Below, one piece after another: positions 51,484-61,442 of a stretch of 64,000 nucleotides of DNA. The stretch's first letter is position 1. Each line of letters starts with the position of its first letter. Made by a program: the position numbers and the translations under genes. Below the pieces are notes generated by a model that made no database searches, was not told the DNA's origin, and saw nothing but the letters and a program-made list of their open reading frames with translations. The DNA lies in NCBI GenBank assembly GCA_030591685.1, contig JAUVAX010000001.1, forward strand, positions 92,873-156,872. The letters are read 5' to 3'. The DNA is from Pseudobdellovibrionaceae bacterium (GTDB taxonomy: Bacteria; Bdellovibrionota; Bdellovibrionia; Bdellovibrionales; UBA1609).

Positions 51484-52860
51484 TTATATAATTTCAAAGT
51501 ATCTTTGTAACTGCCAGTCGGTGATGGCCTTCTCGTGCTCTCTCACCTCCCACTCTCTTGTGATCACGTAGTGTTCAATAAATTTTTCACCAAAAACTTC
51601 ATAGGCTTTTTTACAAGATTTTAAATTCTCTACACTTTTACTTAAAGAGCTGGGGAGTTGTAACTCAAAGGGCAAGCTGTCCTGAACCTCATAAGCACTC
51701 CCAACAACAGGGTCTGAGAGAGTTAAACCCTCCTCTATACCTAGTAGACCTGCGGCTAACATGGCTGCGGCCACAAGATAAGGATTTGCGTCAGCAGAAC
51801 CCACTCTAAACTCAATACGTTGAGATTTTTCGTTGCCGGGTATTACCCTTAATGCTGTTGTTCTATTTTCAACCCCCCATGTTGCTGCCGTTGGCGCCCA
51901 GAACCCCTTAACAAGTCTTGTGTACGAGTTTATGGTGGGTGAGGTTAAAGCTAAAAATGACTTTAAATACTTAACCTGACCAGCCGTGTAACTTTTCATA
52001 ATACTGGTCATGCCATTTTTATCACTGGGGTTAAAGAAAACATTCTCTTTTGTCTTTATATCATATAGTGACTGATGCATGTGCCCGCTTTGCCCTGGGT
52101 AATCCAAGTTCCATCGTGCCATAAACGTGGGTATCATACCTTGTTTTTGAAAAAACACTTTTGCAAAAGTTTTAAAAACACTAGCTCTGTCAGCACTTTC
52201 AAGGGCTTCATCGTACTCAAGCGCCGCCTCCCAAACCCCGGGGCCGGTCTCACAATGAAGACCCTCTATGGGAACATTGAGGGCTTCAAAGTAATCCATA
52301 AAATCATTAAATAACTCTGAGTATGTAGAGCTTCGAAGGGTTGAGTAACCAAACATACCAGGAGTTAAAGGGGTTAAATTTCGATAATTTTTATCGCGCA
52401 CTGATTGAGAGTTTTCTAAAAATAAAAAGAATTCGTATTCAAACGCGAGGTTGGCCCCAAACCCCATAGTATTTGCTTTTTCTAATATCTTCTTTAATAA
52501 ATTACGTGGGCAGACAGGGTGATACTCCTCCCCGTCTGGTGGTAAAAAATCACCTAAGAAAAAGGGGAGGTTTTCATCGGGTAGGTACCTCTCTGTGGCT
52601 CGATCTATTTTAAACGGAGCATCTGGGTAGGCCGTATGCCATCCAGTAAATTTAGCGTTATCATATAAGGTGTCCGCAACATCCCAGCCGAAAACACAAT
52701 CGCAAAAAGCACTACTGGAGTTTATAACTGAATCAAATTTTTTCTTTGATATATACTTCCCTCTTAACACACCATCAATGTCTGTTATGGCTAGCTTTAC
52801 CCTAGACAAATCAGAGTTATTAAAGGCTGCATGTTTAAACTTAAAATTATTATTACTCAT
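51484..52860 (-). CDS. Glutamine synthetase-like gamma-glutamyl ligase
   Basis: D.DG.LRGK, EYEFF, HCETGPGVWE, GQSGHMHQS, WGVENRT, RIEFR..ADANPY. Confidence 0.88.
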   Translation of the reverse strand: MSNNNFKFKHAAFNNSDLSRVKLAITDIDGVLRGKYISKKKFDSVINSSSAFCDCVFGWDVADTLYDNAKFTGWHTAYPDAPFKIDRATERYLPDENLPFFLGDFLPPDGEEYHPVCPRNLLKKILEKANTMGFGANLAFEYEFFLFLENSQSVRDKNYRNLTPLTPGMFGYSTLRSSTYSELFNDFMDYFEALNVPIEGLHCETGPGVWEAALEYDEALESADRASVFKTFAKVFFQKQGMIPTFMARWNLDYPGQSGHMHQSLYDIKTKENVFFNPSDKNGMTSIMKSYTAGQVKYLKSFLALTSPTINSYTRLVKGFWAPTAATWGVENRTTALRVIPGNEKSQRIEFRVGSADANPYLVAAAMLAAGLLGIEEGLTLSDPVVGSAYEVQDSLPFELQLPSSLSKSVENLKSCKKAYEVFGEKFIEHYVITREWEVREHEKAITDWQLQRYFEII

Positions 52861-54257
52861 AGTGTGTACCCCTCTTTTAATTTCTGCTTAAAGTGAATCG
52901 ATTTATTTTGTGTTAAATTATAAAATCCAAATTTTGATAAACTTGACCCGCGTCCTGAATTTTTATACCCAGTCCATGGTAACTCGGGGTCTAAATAGTC
53001 ACACCTGTTCATAAATACGGTACCCACTTGAACTTTTTGAGCAAATGTATCCGCTAACTCTCGATTTTTTGTAAAAATAGCCGCTGTAAGCCCCAAAACA
53101 GAATCATTTATTAATTCTAAGGCCGTGTTAATATCAGGAACCTTCATCACCGGCATGATAGGGCCAAAGTTTTCTTCGTTCATAATTCTCATTTTATGGT
53201 TCACATCAACGATAAGTGTGGGGGCAAAAAAAATGGCTTCATTAATTTTAAGCTCTTCACCACCAACTAAAACCTTGGCCCCCATTGTTGTAGCCTCATT
53301 AACTTGCTCACTCATAACTTTACTAGCACTTGACTTAAATAAGGGCCCCATATTTGTAGTTTTACTCTTTGGGTCCCCTAATTTATAATCACTCATCAGT
53401 GTTTTAGCTTTTAAAACAAATTCATCAAAAACTTTTTCGTGAACATAAACCCTCTCCACCCCACAACAAGACTGCCCTGAGTTAAACATGGCTCCATCAA
53501 CTATAGACTCCACAGCGTCATCCACATCAGCATCATTATTGACAAATACACCGTCTTTACCCCCGAGCTCTAGGCCTGGGGTTATTAAACTCTCCGCACA
53601 GTGACGTAAAATTTGTTTGCCACCATTAACAGAGCCCGTAAACACGACATGGTTGACGCTTCCGGATTCTATCACCTGCCCCGTAGTGGCGTGATCTAGT
53701 ATCACATTTTTAACTAATACATCAAAGGCTCTCTCAAAATGCAAACCCACCTCAGGGGTCTGACCAGAGTGCTTTAACAGCACGGTGTTGCCCGATAACA
53801 GTGCTGGCACTATTGAGTTGACCGCAACAAGTAACGGATAGTTCCAAGCTGCAATCGTAAACACAACACCAAAGGGCTCGTGTGCGATGGCTCTGTAAAA
53901 ATTAGGTTTTTGTGACACCTCTTTTGTTTTTAAAGTGCTTTCAGAAATACTACACATAAAGCGAGCCCTATCTAACATTCCATCAACTTCAAAAATGGCT
54001 TGATGCTGGGGACGACCCATTTGTAAGCTAATATCACTGGCGATTGTTTGCTTGTTCACTTCAAAGTAAGTTAAACACTTCAATACATGCGCCACACGCT
54101 GCTCACAGGTCTTCATGGACCAGCTCACTTGCTGAATCTTTAATTGTTTCACGGTACTCAGTGCTTGCTCAGTATTAGAGTACTCATATACTCTATCAAC
54201 GCAGCCCTCAAAGGGGTTTATAACTTTTAATGTTTTCATGGCTTTGGACTCCGTCAT
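52857..54257 (-). CDS. Aldehyde dehydrogenase (start possibly ATG 54239)
   Basis: AWNYP, FTGS, LELGGKD, NSGQSCC, EENFGP. Confidence 0.92.
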   Translation of the reverse strand: MTESKAMKTLKVINPFEGCVDRVYEYSNTEQALSTVKQLKIQQVSWSMKTCEQRVAHVLKCLTYFEVNKQTIASDISLQMGRPQHQAIFEVDGMLDRARFMCSISESTLKTKEVSQKPNFYRAIAHEPFGVVFTIAAWNYPLLVAVNSIVPALLSGNTVLLKHSGQTPEVGLHFERAFDVLVKNVILDHATTGQVIESGSVNHVVFTGSVNGGKQILRHCAESLITPGLELGGKDGVFVNNDADVDDAVESIVDGAMFNSGQSCCGVERVYVHEKVFDEFVLKAKTLMSDYKLGDPKSKTTNMGPLFKSSASKVMSEQVNEATTMGAKVLVGGEELKINEAIFFAPTLIVDVNHKMRIMNEENFGPIMPVMKVPDINTALELINDSVLGLTAAIFTKNRELADTFAQKVQVGTVFMNRCDYLDPELPWTGYKNSGRGSSLSKFGFYNLTQNKSIHFKQKLKEGYTL

Positions 54258-54265
54258 CTATACTT

Positions 54266-54877
54266 TCAACTGTACTTTACTAAAAACTGCTCTATTATTT
54301 CGCCTGAACAACTTAAATACTCTTTTTGAGCTAATACTTTTTGAGCATATTGTTTAGAAGGCTCTACAAATTTTATATGCATAGGGTTTACTTGCTTATA
54401 AAACTGCTCTTTAACCCCCTCTGGGGTACGACCTCGTTCGCGAGTGTCCCTTTCAAGACGCCTTTTAAACCTAAGGCCTTCATCACATTGTATAAAAATA
54501 GAATCATCAAAAGAGTCTCTTGTATACTCTTGAGATAATAACAAAATCCCATCCACTAAAATAATTTTTTTGGGCTTAAAAAGGCAGTTATCAAAGCCCC
54601 TCGTATGAGTTTTAAAATCATAACTAGGCATCTGTATGGGCTCCCCGCTTTTTAATAACTCTAAGTGTTCACAGAGCAATTTAAAATCTATGGCCGAAGG
54701 GTGATCAAAATTAACTCGGCCCCCGTCTTTGTCAAACGATGCACTTTGGTCATGGTAGTAGTTATCTTGTAATAAAATAGAGCACTCGCTCTCACCAAAA
54801 GCGGAGCATAAACTATTTGCAAAGGTTGTTTTACCCGAACAACTCCCCCCTACTATGGCAATAATATTTACATTCAA
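54266..54877 (-). CDS. udk: Uridine kinase
   Basis: GGSCSGKTT, QDNYY, NFDHP.AIDF, RRLERD..ERGR, FVEPSK.YA. Confidence 0.9.
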   Translation of the reverse strand: MNVNIIAIVGGSCSGKTTFANSLCSAFGESECSILLQDNYYHDQSASFDKDGGRVNFDHPSAIDFKLLCEHLELLKSGEPIQMPSYDFKTHTRGFDNCLFKPKKIILVDGILLLSQEYTRDSFDDSIFIQCDEGLRFKRRLERDTRERGRTPEGVKEQFYKQVNPMHIKFVEPSKQYAQKVLAQKEYLSCSGEIIEQFLVKYS

Positions 54878-54892
54878 ACAAATAACCCCTTA

Positions 54893-55519
54893 TTATTTTG
54901 TACTATAAAGTCGGTCGCCTGCGTCACCGATGCCTGGCACTAAGTAACCCTCATCATTAATTTCATTTTCAACCTCAAGGGTGTAAACCATTATATCTGG
55001 ATGATATTTTAGTAATTTTTTTAACCCTAACTGTCCGGCAATTAAACATAAAATAGATATTTGACCCACCTCATATTGCTTTAATCGATCGACACAAGCA
55101 ATGACCGTGTCGGCGGTGGCAATTAGTGGGTCTACTAATAATATTTTTTTACCTTTGCAGTCATCTGGTAATTTAAAATAATACTCCACTGTATTTTTAA
55201 TAAATTTATCTCTGTAAATACCAATATGACCACTTTTAGCAAAAGGTAGGCTTGATAATACCCCCTCTAACATTCCGTTACCGGCTCTCATTACTGAAAC
55301 CACAATAGGAGCTTCAGTGACTTTTTGTACTTTTGCCTCACAAATAGGAGTGTTAACTGTGTGCGTACTTGTAGACAGCTCCCTTGTCGCCTCAAACGCT
55401 AAGTATCGACTCATTTCATTAACGAGAATTCTGAACTCTGAGGACGAGGTCGTTTCATCTCTAAGTCGACCGAGTTGATGCTTTAATACAGGGTGGTCGA
55501 GCACGCTCACTTGTTTCAT
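54893..55519 (-). CDS. upp: Uracil phosphoribosyltransferase
   Basis: HP...H.L..LRD, V.V.RAG.GM, VDPLIAT, GYLVPGIGDAGDRLY; real start ATG 55519 after AAGGA (the track ORF runs into urc4). Confidence 0.93.
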   Translation of the reverse strand: MKQVSVLDHPVLKHQLGRLRDETTSSSEFRILVNEMSRYLAFEATRELSTSTHTVNTPICEAKVQKVTEAPIVVSVMRAGNGMLEGVLSSLPFAKSGHIGIYRDKFIKNTVEYYFKLPDDCKGKKILLVDPLIATADTVIACVDRLKQYEVGQISILCLIAGQLGLKKLLKYHPDIMVYTLEVENEINDEGYLVPGIGDAGDRLYSTK

Positions 55520-55529
55520 ATATACATCC

Positions 55530-56735
55530 TTAAAATACGGTTCCATCACTTTTAATTTTAATCGGAGGTTCGCCACTGGCCCTAAGGGACTTTGCCACTT
55601 TACGTCCAGCACGCCAAGTGCCCCCTTCAAGTATTTTCACTAAAGGGAAGTTCTCTTCGGTGAGTGAAAGTTTATTTCTAATAATAGTACTAATTTGTTT
55701 TAGCAATTGTACCGTCAAGGCCCGCCACTCAATAACAAGGTCACTGCCTGGTGCGTGCAGAACCTCTAACTGTAATTTATCTTTTACCTCAATAACCTGT
55801 TGATCAACAAACAACCCACCATTGCGGTACTCAGCAAGCCCCGTTAATGCGTCTAAATGAGAGACCACAAAGTTAGCCTCTTCTAAAGGCTCAATGAGTG
55901 AGTACGTGAGCCACTGTGAGAGTTTATGAAAAACAACATAGGACTCTTCTTTTGAGCCCAGTTGGGAGTGAGACCAGACATCCCCTAAATTAACATTATT
56001 ATACTGAGTACGGCCGGGCCAAATTTCACCTAAAGCCTTAAGAACTGTGCTTAATAATTCGTTAGCTCTTATTGTTGTACCAAATTTATTTTGAAGGTAA
56101 ACCACTAAGTCCCCTAAACGAGCCGACGGGAAGTAAGTATTATTGCTCTCTATCACTTGGCCGAGAGTTTGTAATAAACGAGCTCGCCCTTCTAGTCCCA
56201 CGAGGGGGTTATCTTTTGTCACTTGAAAGTGCTTTATTAAGTCTTGTTCTGTAATTGTTTTTAATCTTTCAGCATCGACCCGTAAAGGTTGGCTTGAGTC
56301 ACTTGAAAAGCTGCCGCTTTTAAACATTTGTAAACTCGCAACAGCCAACCCCTCGGAACGGCTGAGAGTTTGCTGAGTTTCAGGGTCGATATAACTCCAG
56401 TCAGGGCCTGACCCTGCATCTAATAAAACAGAAATAATAACCAAATCAAACTTTGATTCGGCCCACTGTAAATTATCGCCTGAAAAATCCTTATATACAG
56501 GAGGTATACGATCTACCCCGCCGACTTTAAAGTGCCCCCAGCGTGAGTGGTATGGGATGTCCAAGCTCGGGTAGTTCTCTTTAATGACATCTATAACATA
56601 GTTGGCACAAGTGTCTAATCGGTCCATGTGAAGAGTAAAATGACCCTTGCCCGATTGAATGTAATCAAATACATTTTCAGTCGTATCATTAACGGCCTTT
56701 GAAGAAAGAAGGTAGTCTATAGAAAGCTCACTCAT
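55530..56735 (-). CDS. URC4/Urg3 family protein (DUF1688)
   Basis: IPYHSRWGHF.VGG.DR, SVLLDAG.G..W, RSEGLAVASL, FHKLSQWLTYSL, TGLAEYRNGGL, EWRALTV, ILEGGTW.AGR, SDGTVF. Confidence 0.9.
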   Translation of the reverse strand: MSELSIDYLLSSKAVNDTTENVFDYIQSGKGHFTLHMDRLDTCANYVIDVIKENYPSLDIPYHSRWGHFKVGGVDRIPPVYKDFSGDNLQWAESKFDLVIISVLLDAGSGPDWSYIDPETQQTLSRSEGLAVASLQMFKSGSFSSDSSQPLRVDAERLKTITEQDLIKHFQVTKDNPLVGLEGRARLLQTLGQVIESNNTYFPSARLGDLVVYLQNKFGTTIRANELLSTVLKALGEIWPGRTQYNNVNLGDVWSHSQLGSKEESYVVFHKLSQWLTYSLIEPLEEANFVVSHLDALTGLAEYRNGGLFVDQQVIEVKDKLQLEVLHAPGSDLVIEWRALTVQLLKQISTIIRNKLSLTEENFPLVKILEGGTWRAGRKVAKSLRASGEPPIKIKSDGTVF

Positions 56736-58001
56736 TTACTCCTCCAGCTTTCGACCTTGAACTTTTCTTAACTTGGCGTCTGATTTGACTTTGTCCTCTG
56801 TAAAATAACCGGCCGCCTTTTTGGCCTCCATTTCAACAAGAGCATCCTCGGGGATCAACTCATTGGGGATCGAAATGCGGTTTTTAACCTCAATGCCACT
56901 TTTAACAATAGCATCGTACTTCATGTTGCTCATTGAGTGTAAGTTATCAATTTTTTTAATATTAAAATAATGAAGAGCATCGGGCATAAATTCCTGAAAA
57001 CGAGCATCTTGCACACCTGCAACGCACTCTGTGCGTTCAAAGTAGGTGGAGGCACTGTCGCCGCCCTCTTGTCGTTTACGTGCATTATAAACTAAGAACT
57101 TAGTCACCTCACCTAAAGCACGCCCCTCTTTTCTGAAATAAATAACAATACCGACCCCGCCCCTTTGAGCTGTTCGGGCGGCATCTTCTATGCCATAGGT
57201 TAAATAAGGTCGGCAGGTGCATATATCTGAACCAAAAACATCTGAACCGTTGCACTCATCATGCACTCGACATGTTAACTCAACATCAGGGTTTGATAGG
57301 TCATTAATATCTCCAAATATATAGGCCGTAGAGCTGCCTATTGGCGGCAAAAGGACTTTTAAATCGGGGCGTGTTACAAGTTCAGGGAACATACCCCCGG
57401 TCTCTTGGTACAAAACCCTTCTTAGCTCTCCCTCTTCTAAGTTAAACCTCTTGGCTATACTAGGTAAGTACCATACAGGGTCTATAGCCACCTTTGTGAC
57501 TTTTATGTCTTTAGTGTCAAAAACAACTTTTCCATCAATTGATAATCGACCCTCATCAATGGACTTATGGATTTCAGGGATACTTAATCGGGCTTGAGTG
57601 ACAGCAATAGTGGGCTGAACATTGACCTTCTTGTCGATATAGTCTTTAAATACCTCACTCACATGAGCCCCCCAGGGGTCCAAAGAAACTATTTTTTCAG
57701 GGTCAAACCACGAGGGACCTGGTTTTATTATATTTGTGGGCTCCGTATTTTCTAAGTCCGGCTTATGACTTACATCAAACGTACCTGCTGCAATAGAAAG
57801 AGCCCTGTACACCGTGTAACTCCCCCCATGACTCCCAATAGCGTTTCTGTTTTCTTTTTCGCTGAGAGTGGCAATCACGGGCCCCCGTTGATGGGGGTCA
57901 GACTCGCCCCAGTGGATAGGGACCACCTCTTTAAAAATCTGATTTGAATGGGATGTTAAAATAACATGTGAATTACGTTTCATAAAATCTTTATTTGCCA
58001 T
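56736..58001 (-). CDS. URC1/Urg1-type GTP cyclohydrolase II homologue (uracil catabolism)
   Basis: N-terminal RNAIGSHGGSY..YRAL and KIVSLDPWG; RVHDECNGSDVFGSDICTCRPYL zinc site; RKEGRALGEVTKFLVYNARKRQ. Confidence 0.92.
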   Translation of the reverse strand: MANKDFMKRNSHVILTSHSNQIFKEVVPIHWGESDPHQRGPVIATLSEKENRNAIGSHGGSYTVYRALSIAAGTFDVSHKPDLENTEPTNIIKPGPSWFDPEKIVSLDPWGAHVSEVFKDYIDKKVNVQPTIAVTQARLSIPEIHKSIDEGRLSIDGKVVFDTKDIKVTKVAIDPVWYLPSIAKRFNLEEGELRRVLYQETGGMFPELVTRPDLKVLLPPIGSSTAYIFGDINDLSNPDVELTCRVHDECNGSDVFGSDICTCRPYLTYGIEDAARTAQRGGVGIVIYFRKEGRALGEVTKFLVYNARKRQEGGDSASTYFERTECVAGVQDARFQEFMPDALHYFNIKKIDNLHSMSNMKYDAIVKSGIEVKNRISIPNELIPEDALVEMEAKKAAGYFTEDKVKSDAKLRKVQGRKLEE

Positions 58002-58014
58002 TAACTACCCTCAT

Positions 58015-59508
58015 CTAAGACATCCAATTGTCATCTTTTTGTTTTTGCCATTTACAGGTTACTTTTTTTAAGTCGGACCAAAAGTTTAAACTTGCAGGCC
58101 CCGTAATATCTCCGTGTCCAAACTTAGATTCATTCATCCCCCCGAAAGAAAAGGGCTCTCTAGGGACAGGGACTCCAATGTTCACCCCTACCATCGCAGA
58201 CTTTGCATTTGAAATTACTTTTTGAGCAAAGTGACCACTGTTTGTAAACACAGAGCACGCGTTGCCGTAAGGGTTAGAGTTTTCGATTTCTAAAGCCTCT
58301 GTAATCGTCTTACAGGGTACTATAGTTAGAATAGGGCCAAACAATTCATTTTTAACAGCTTCGCTCTCAGGCTTTAAACCGGTGAGTATAGTTGGGCCTA
58401 TCCAGTACCCCTCTTTAAATATTTCTGGCACTTTTGGGTTACGACCATCGACCAAAATCTGAGCCCCTTCGTATATGGCACGATCAATGGCTGCATTTAA
58501 AAAATCAACTTGTTGTTTTGTGATTATTGCTCCCATGCCATCGCCTATTTTTGTTGCCTCAGCCACGTGTTTAATTTGCTGGATATGCCGATCAACATCC
58601 CCCACAGCCAATAGCACACTAGCAGCCATGCAGCGCTGTCCAGCGCATCCGGTAAAAGAATCACTAATCCCCTGACCAGCCAGTTCAACATCTGCATCCG
58701 GAAGGAGCACAATATGATTTTTGGCGCCGCCTAAGGCTAAAGCTCTTTTACCATGATTTGAGGCTCTCTTGTAAACAGCCTTTGCCACTCTTGAAGAGCC
58801 AACAAACCCGATGGCCTTTATATCTGTGTGATCAATAATAAACTCTACTGTTTCTTGCCCCCCCTGAAGCACACTAAATACTCCGCTGGGGAGACCTGCT
58901 TTATTGAGGGCGTTTGCAATAAATTTTGATGTTAAAGGGGTTTTCTCAGAGGGCTTCCACATATAAGCATTACCCAAGACGAGTGCTATAGGCAAAGTCC
59001 ACATCACCACCATTGCTGGAAAATTAAAAGGGGTCACACTGGCTACCACACCCAGAGGTTCTCGAATATACTCACAGGTCACACCTCTTGAGACTTCCAT
59101 TTTTCCGCCCTGATCAGAGTTCTGCAGGCTCAAGGCGTACTCTAAAACCTCAATGCCTTTCATTAAACCCGCCTTGGCCTCGGTAAAAGTTTTACCGCTT
59201 TCTAAAGCCACTATTTTTGAAATTTCATCGGCTTCACTCAGCAAAATACTACGAAATTTAAACAACACCTGTGTCCGCTCTTTTAATGGCGTTTTACCCC
59301 ACAAGGCCTGCGCTGATTTGGCGCTCTTTACGGCGTTGTTAATGTCTTCAAGCGTTGACTCATGGCTTACGCCAATGACTTTACCAAAATAGGGAGACTC
59401 AATGGTAAACTCAAGCCCCTTTGGCTTTACCCATGAACCGGCAATGAAATTATCAATTTTATGTGGTTGATCTGGCAGCTCTGTTAATGTCAATTCTCTA
59501 GTCCTCAC
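58015..59508 (-). CDS. mmsA: CoA-acylating (methyl)malonate-semialdehyde dehydrogenase (start possibly TTG 59493)
   Basis: TPFNFPAM, KPSEKTP, FVGSS, GGAKNH, AGQRCMA, GVNIGVPVPREPFSFGG. Confidence 0.9.
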   Translation of the reverse strand: MRTRELTLTELPDQPHKIDNFIAGSWVKPKGLEFTIESPYFGKVIGVSHESTLEDINNAVKSAKSAQALWGKTPLKERTQVLFKFRSILLSEADEISKIVALESGKTFTEAKAGLMKGIEVLEYALSLQNSDQGGKMEVSRGVTCEYIREPLGVVASVTPFNFPAMVVMWTLPIALVLGNAYMWKPSEKTPLTSKFIANALNKAGLPSGVFSVLQGGQETVEFIIDHTDIKAIGFVGSSRVAKAVYKRASNHGKRALALGGAKNHIVLLPDADVELAGQGISDSFTGCAGQRCMAASVLLAVGDVDRHIQQIKHVAEATKIGDGMGAIITKQQVDFLNAAIDRAIYEGAQILVDGRNPKVPEIFKEGYWIGPTILTGLKPESEAVKNELFGPILTIVPCKTITEALEIENSNPYGNACSVFTNSGHFAQKVISNAKSAMVGVNIGVPVPREPFSFGGMNESKFGHGDITGPASLNFWSDLKKVTCKWQKQKDDNWMS

Positions 59509-59951
59509 TTAAGGTATTTACTAATACTAAATTTCAAAACTAACTTGTAAAACTGTCAAGAGTACAGTTGAATTGCTACACCGCTCATCAGCAGACAGCT
59601 GAATAAATCACTCGCATTTTTCCTTTTAGCAACCTCAAGGACCAACAACTTATTTAAAACACATAATTAGCTAGTTTTTTAAGCACGGATCTGTCTCAAT
59701 ATAAGTCAGCTCACAAAAAAAATAGCATAATTAAGTTAGGGTTCGACACTTAAACTCATGGGCCTAGGGCTTGTTATACCACACTAAGGTCGCTTGGGCT
59801 TTCGTTTAAAGCTCACAGTCGTTCCCTGCTAATAAGGGCCCTTACTTAACAACTGCAAGAAAGATCATCAAAAAACATTAAACCCAGTCGCTTATTTTAA
59901 ATAATTTATTATAAATAATTGCCCTCACTCTGCTGATTGTAGAAACTTAAC

Positions 59952-59978
59952 TAAATAACCCCTCTAAGGTACCGATAA
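59952..59978 (+). promoter_or_regulatory. sigma28 (FliA)-type promoter
   Basis: TAAA-N15-ACCGATAA directly upstream of the receiver-CheX gene. Confidence 0.65.
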
Positions 59979-59996
59979 AGAACTACAGCGAATTCT

Positions 59997-60887
59997 ATGG
60001 AGAATAAGATGAACACCATTTTGCTACCTCAAGATAACCATAAAGATTTTGAGCATGTAAAAAATGCCATTGAAAGGCAAAATATAATCACCACCTCTGG
60101 TGATGAAAAGGATACGTTTTCAAAAGCGGATCATCAAAAATACGATGCCATTTCTATCTTTTTTGATGACGAGGTGAAGAAGGTCTTTAAGTTGGTAGAT
60201 ACCATTCGAAAGAGTCGCTTCAATTACACAACCCCCATTCTTTTATTTACAGATAATTTTGATGAAGCGGCTCAGGTTTTCACCGCTATTAAAAACTTTC
60301 ATCTCATTGACTGTGATGGAAGCGCTGAACATCTGATTCAGAAAATAAACACGGCTCTTAAAGGCCCTCATTCCGAAAGAAAAAAAATAAGTCTCGACGC
60401 TTCTATAATAAATATTTTTGCAAAAGCCACGATAAACACTTTGGATGTCATGGGAAACCTTAGAAACATAGAACATCAAAAACCTTTTTTATATGAAGGT
60501 GACCTCCCCTTTGGGATAGATGTTTCAGGGTTTGCCGCTATAAATTCGGATCACTTTAAAGGATTTTTATCCTTAAACCTGCCCGAGCAAACCTTACTCA
60601 AACTCGCAGAGACCATGTTGAATACAGAGTATGATGAAATCAATGATGAAATCAACGATATGGCCAGTGAACTTAACAATGTCATTTATGGACAGGCTAA
60701 AAAACAGTTTTCACAACTAGGGTTTAACTTACCCCGACTGATCCCCATTATTGTAAAGGGCGAAGAGACCATTGTGAGGTCTCTATCTAGTGGACCCTCA
60801 ATAGTTATACCCTTCACCTCAAGCGCTGGTCCGTTTTTAGTTTCGGTATCCTTAGGCCAACTAGAAAGGCCCCCTAAAGTAGGCTGA
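59997..60887 (+). CDS. Degenerate receiver domain + CheX-like phosphatase domain (paralogue of 44245-45114)
   Basis: D...IN.F..AT, DVSG......F.G.L.L..P, ELNNVIYG.AK, IVIPF.SSAG.F; start may be ATG 60009. Confidence 0.75.
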   Translation: MENKMNTILLPQDNHKDFEHVKNAIERQNIITTSGDEKDTFSKADHQKYDAISIFFDDEVKKVFKLVDTIRKSRFNYTTPILLFTDNFDEAAQVFTAIKNFHLIDCDGSAEHLIQKINTALKGPHSERKKISLDASIINIFAKATINTLDVMGNLRNIEHQKPFLYEGDLPFGIDVSGFAAINSDHFKGFLSLNLPEQTLLKLAETMLNTEYDEINDEINDMASELNNVIYGQAKKQFSQLGFNLPRLIPIIVKGEETIVRSLSSGPSIVIPFTSSAGPFLVSVSLGQLERPPKVG

Positions 60888-60893
60888 TCTTAT

Positions 60894-61442
60894 TTATAAG
60901 CTACACCAATCACCTGGCAACACAATTTGTTTTACACTTTTAGCCCGTACACCCAAAGAGTGCGTACCTAATTTGAGCACAAATCTTTGATTTCTAACAG
61001 AGCCAGGGGTAACTAAGCGCACCTGTCCGTAGCCTTCATCATCTATTGGTATTGAGCCACTTCTTGGCCCTAATATCCATTTTATCGAACTCGTAGAAAG
61101 AGGGGACAACTCGTCGCGAGAAACTAACTCCACAGTCCCTGTACTATTACGGCACAAGAGACGAAAGTGAATCACTGTAAACCTCTTTCCGCGACATTTA
61201 CTTGATAAATCTTGCCCAATTTTACACGTATCAAACCACCTGTTTTGAAATCCAAGCTCGTCAGCCTCTCGATTCATCCTTAGGGTGGTCTGAAGTTGAT
61301 CTAAGTTAATGGAGGGGCGCTTGGGGGGCATTTTAACTTGGCCCCTGGACTCACCATAGTCACCTGATTGAGGTTTTTTAGGGGCTTGCACGCAAGCTGT
61401 GACAGCGAACATAATAAATAAAATGTATATTGAATATCTCAT
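60894..61442 (-). CDS. Hypothetical lipoprotein
   Basis: MRYSIYILFIMFAVTAC lipobox; Cys-containing mature domain; start reassigned to ATG 61442. Confidence 0.65.
   Translation of the reverse strand: MRYSIYILFIMFAVTACVQAPKKPQSGDYGESRGQVKMPPKRPSINLDQLQTTLRMNREADELGFQNRWFDTCKIGQDLSSKCRGKRFTVIHFRLLCRNSTGTVELVSRDELSPLSTSSIKWILGPRSGSIPIDDEGYGQVRLVTPGSVRNQRFVLKLGTHSLGVRAKSVKQIVLPGDWCSL

Noticed and set aside
51484..52860. Housekeeping glnA
   Set aside because: Context (ALDH, Fe-ADH, GATase) and motif pattern fit gamma-glutamyl ligases rather than the ammonia-assimilating enzyme.
55520..55630. N-terminal extension of upp in the ORF track
   Set aside because: It overlaps urc4; the ATG at 55519 has an RBS and gives a normal-length Upp.
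56736..58001. ribA (riboflavin GTP cyclohydrolase II)
   Set aside because: The long URC1-type N-terminal domain and linkage to urc4/upp indicate the uracil-catabolism subfamily.
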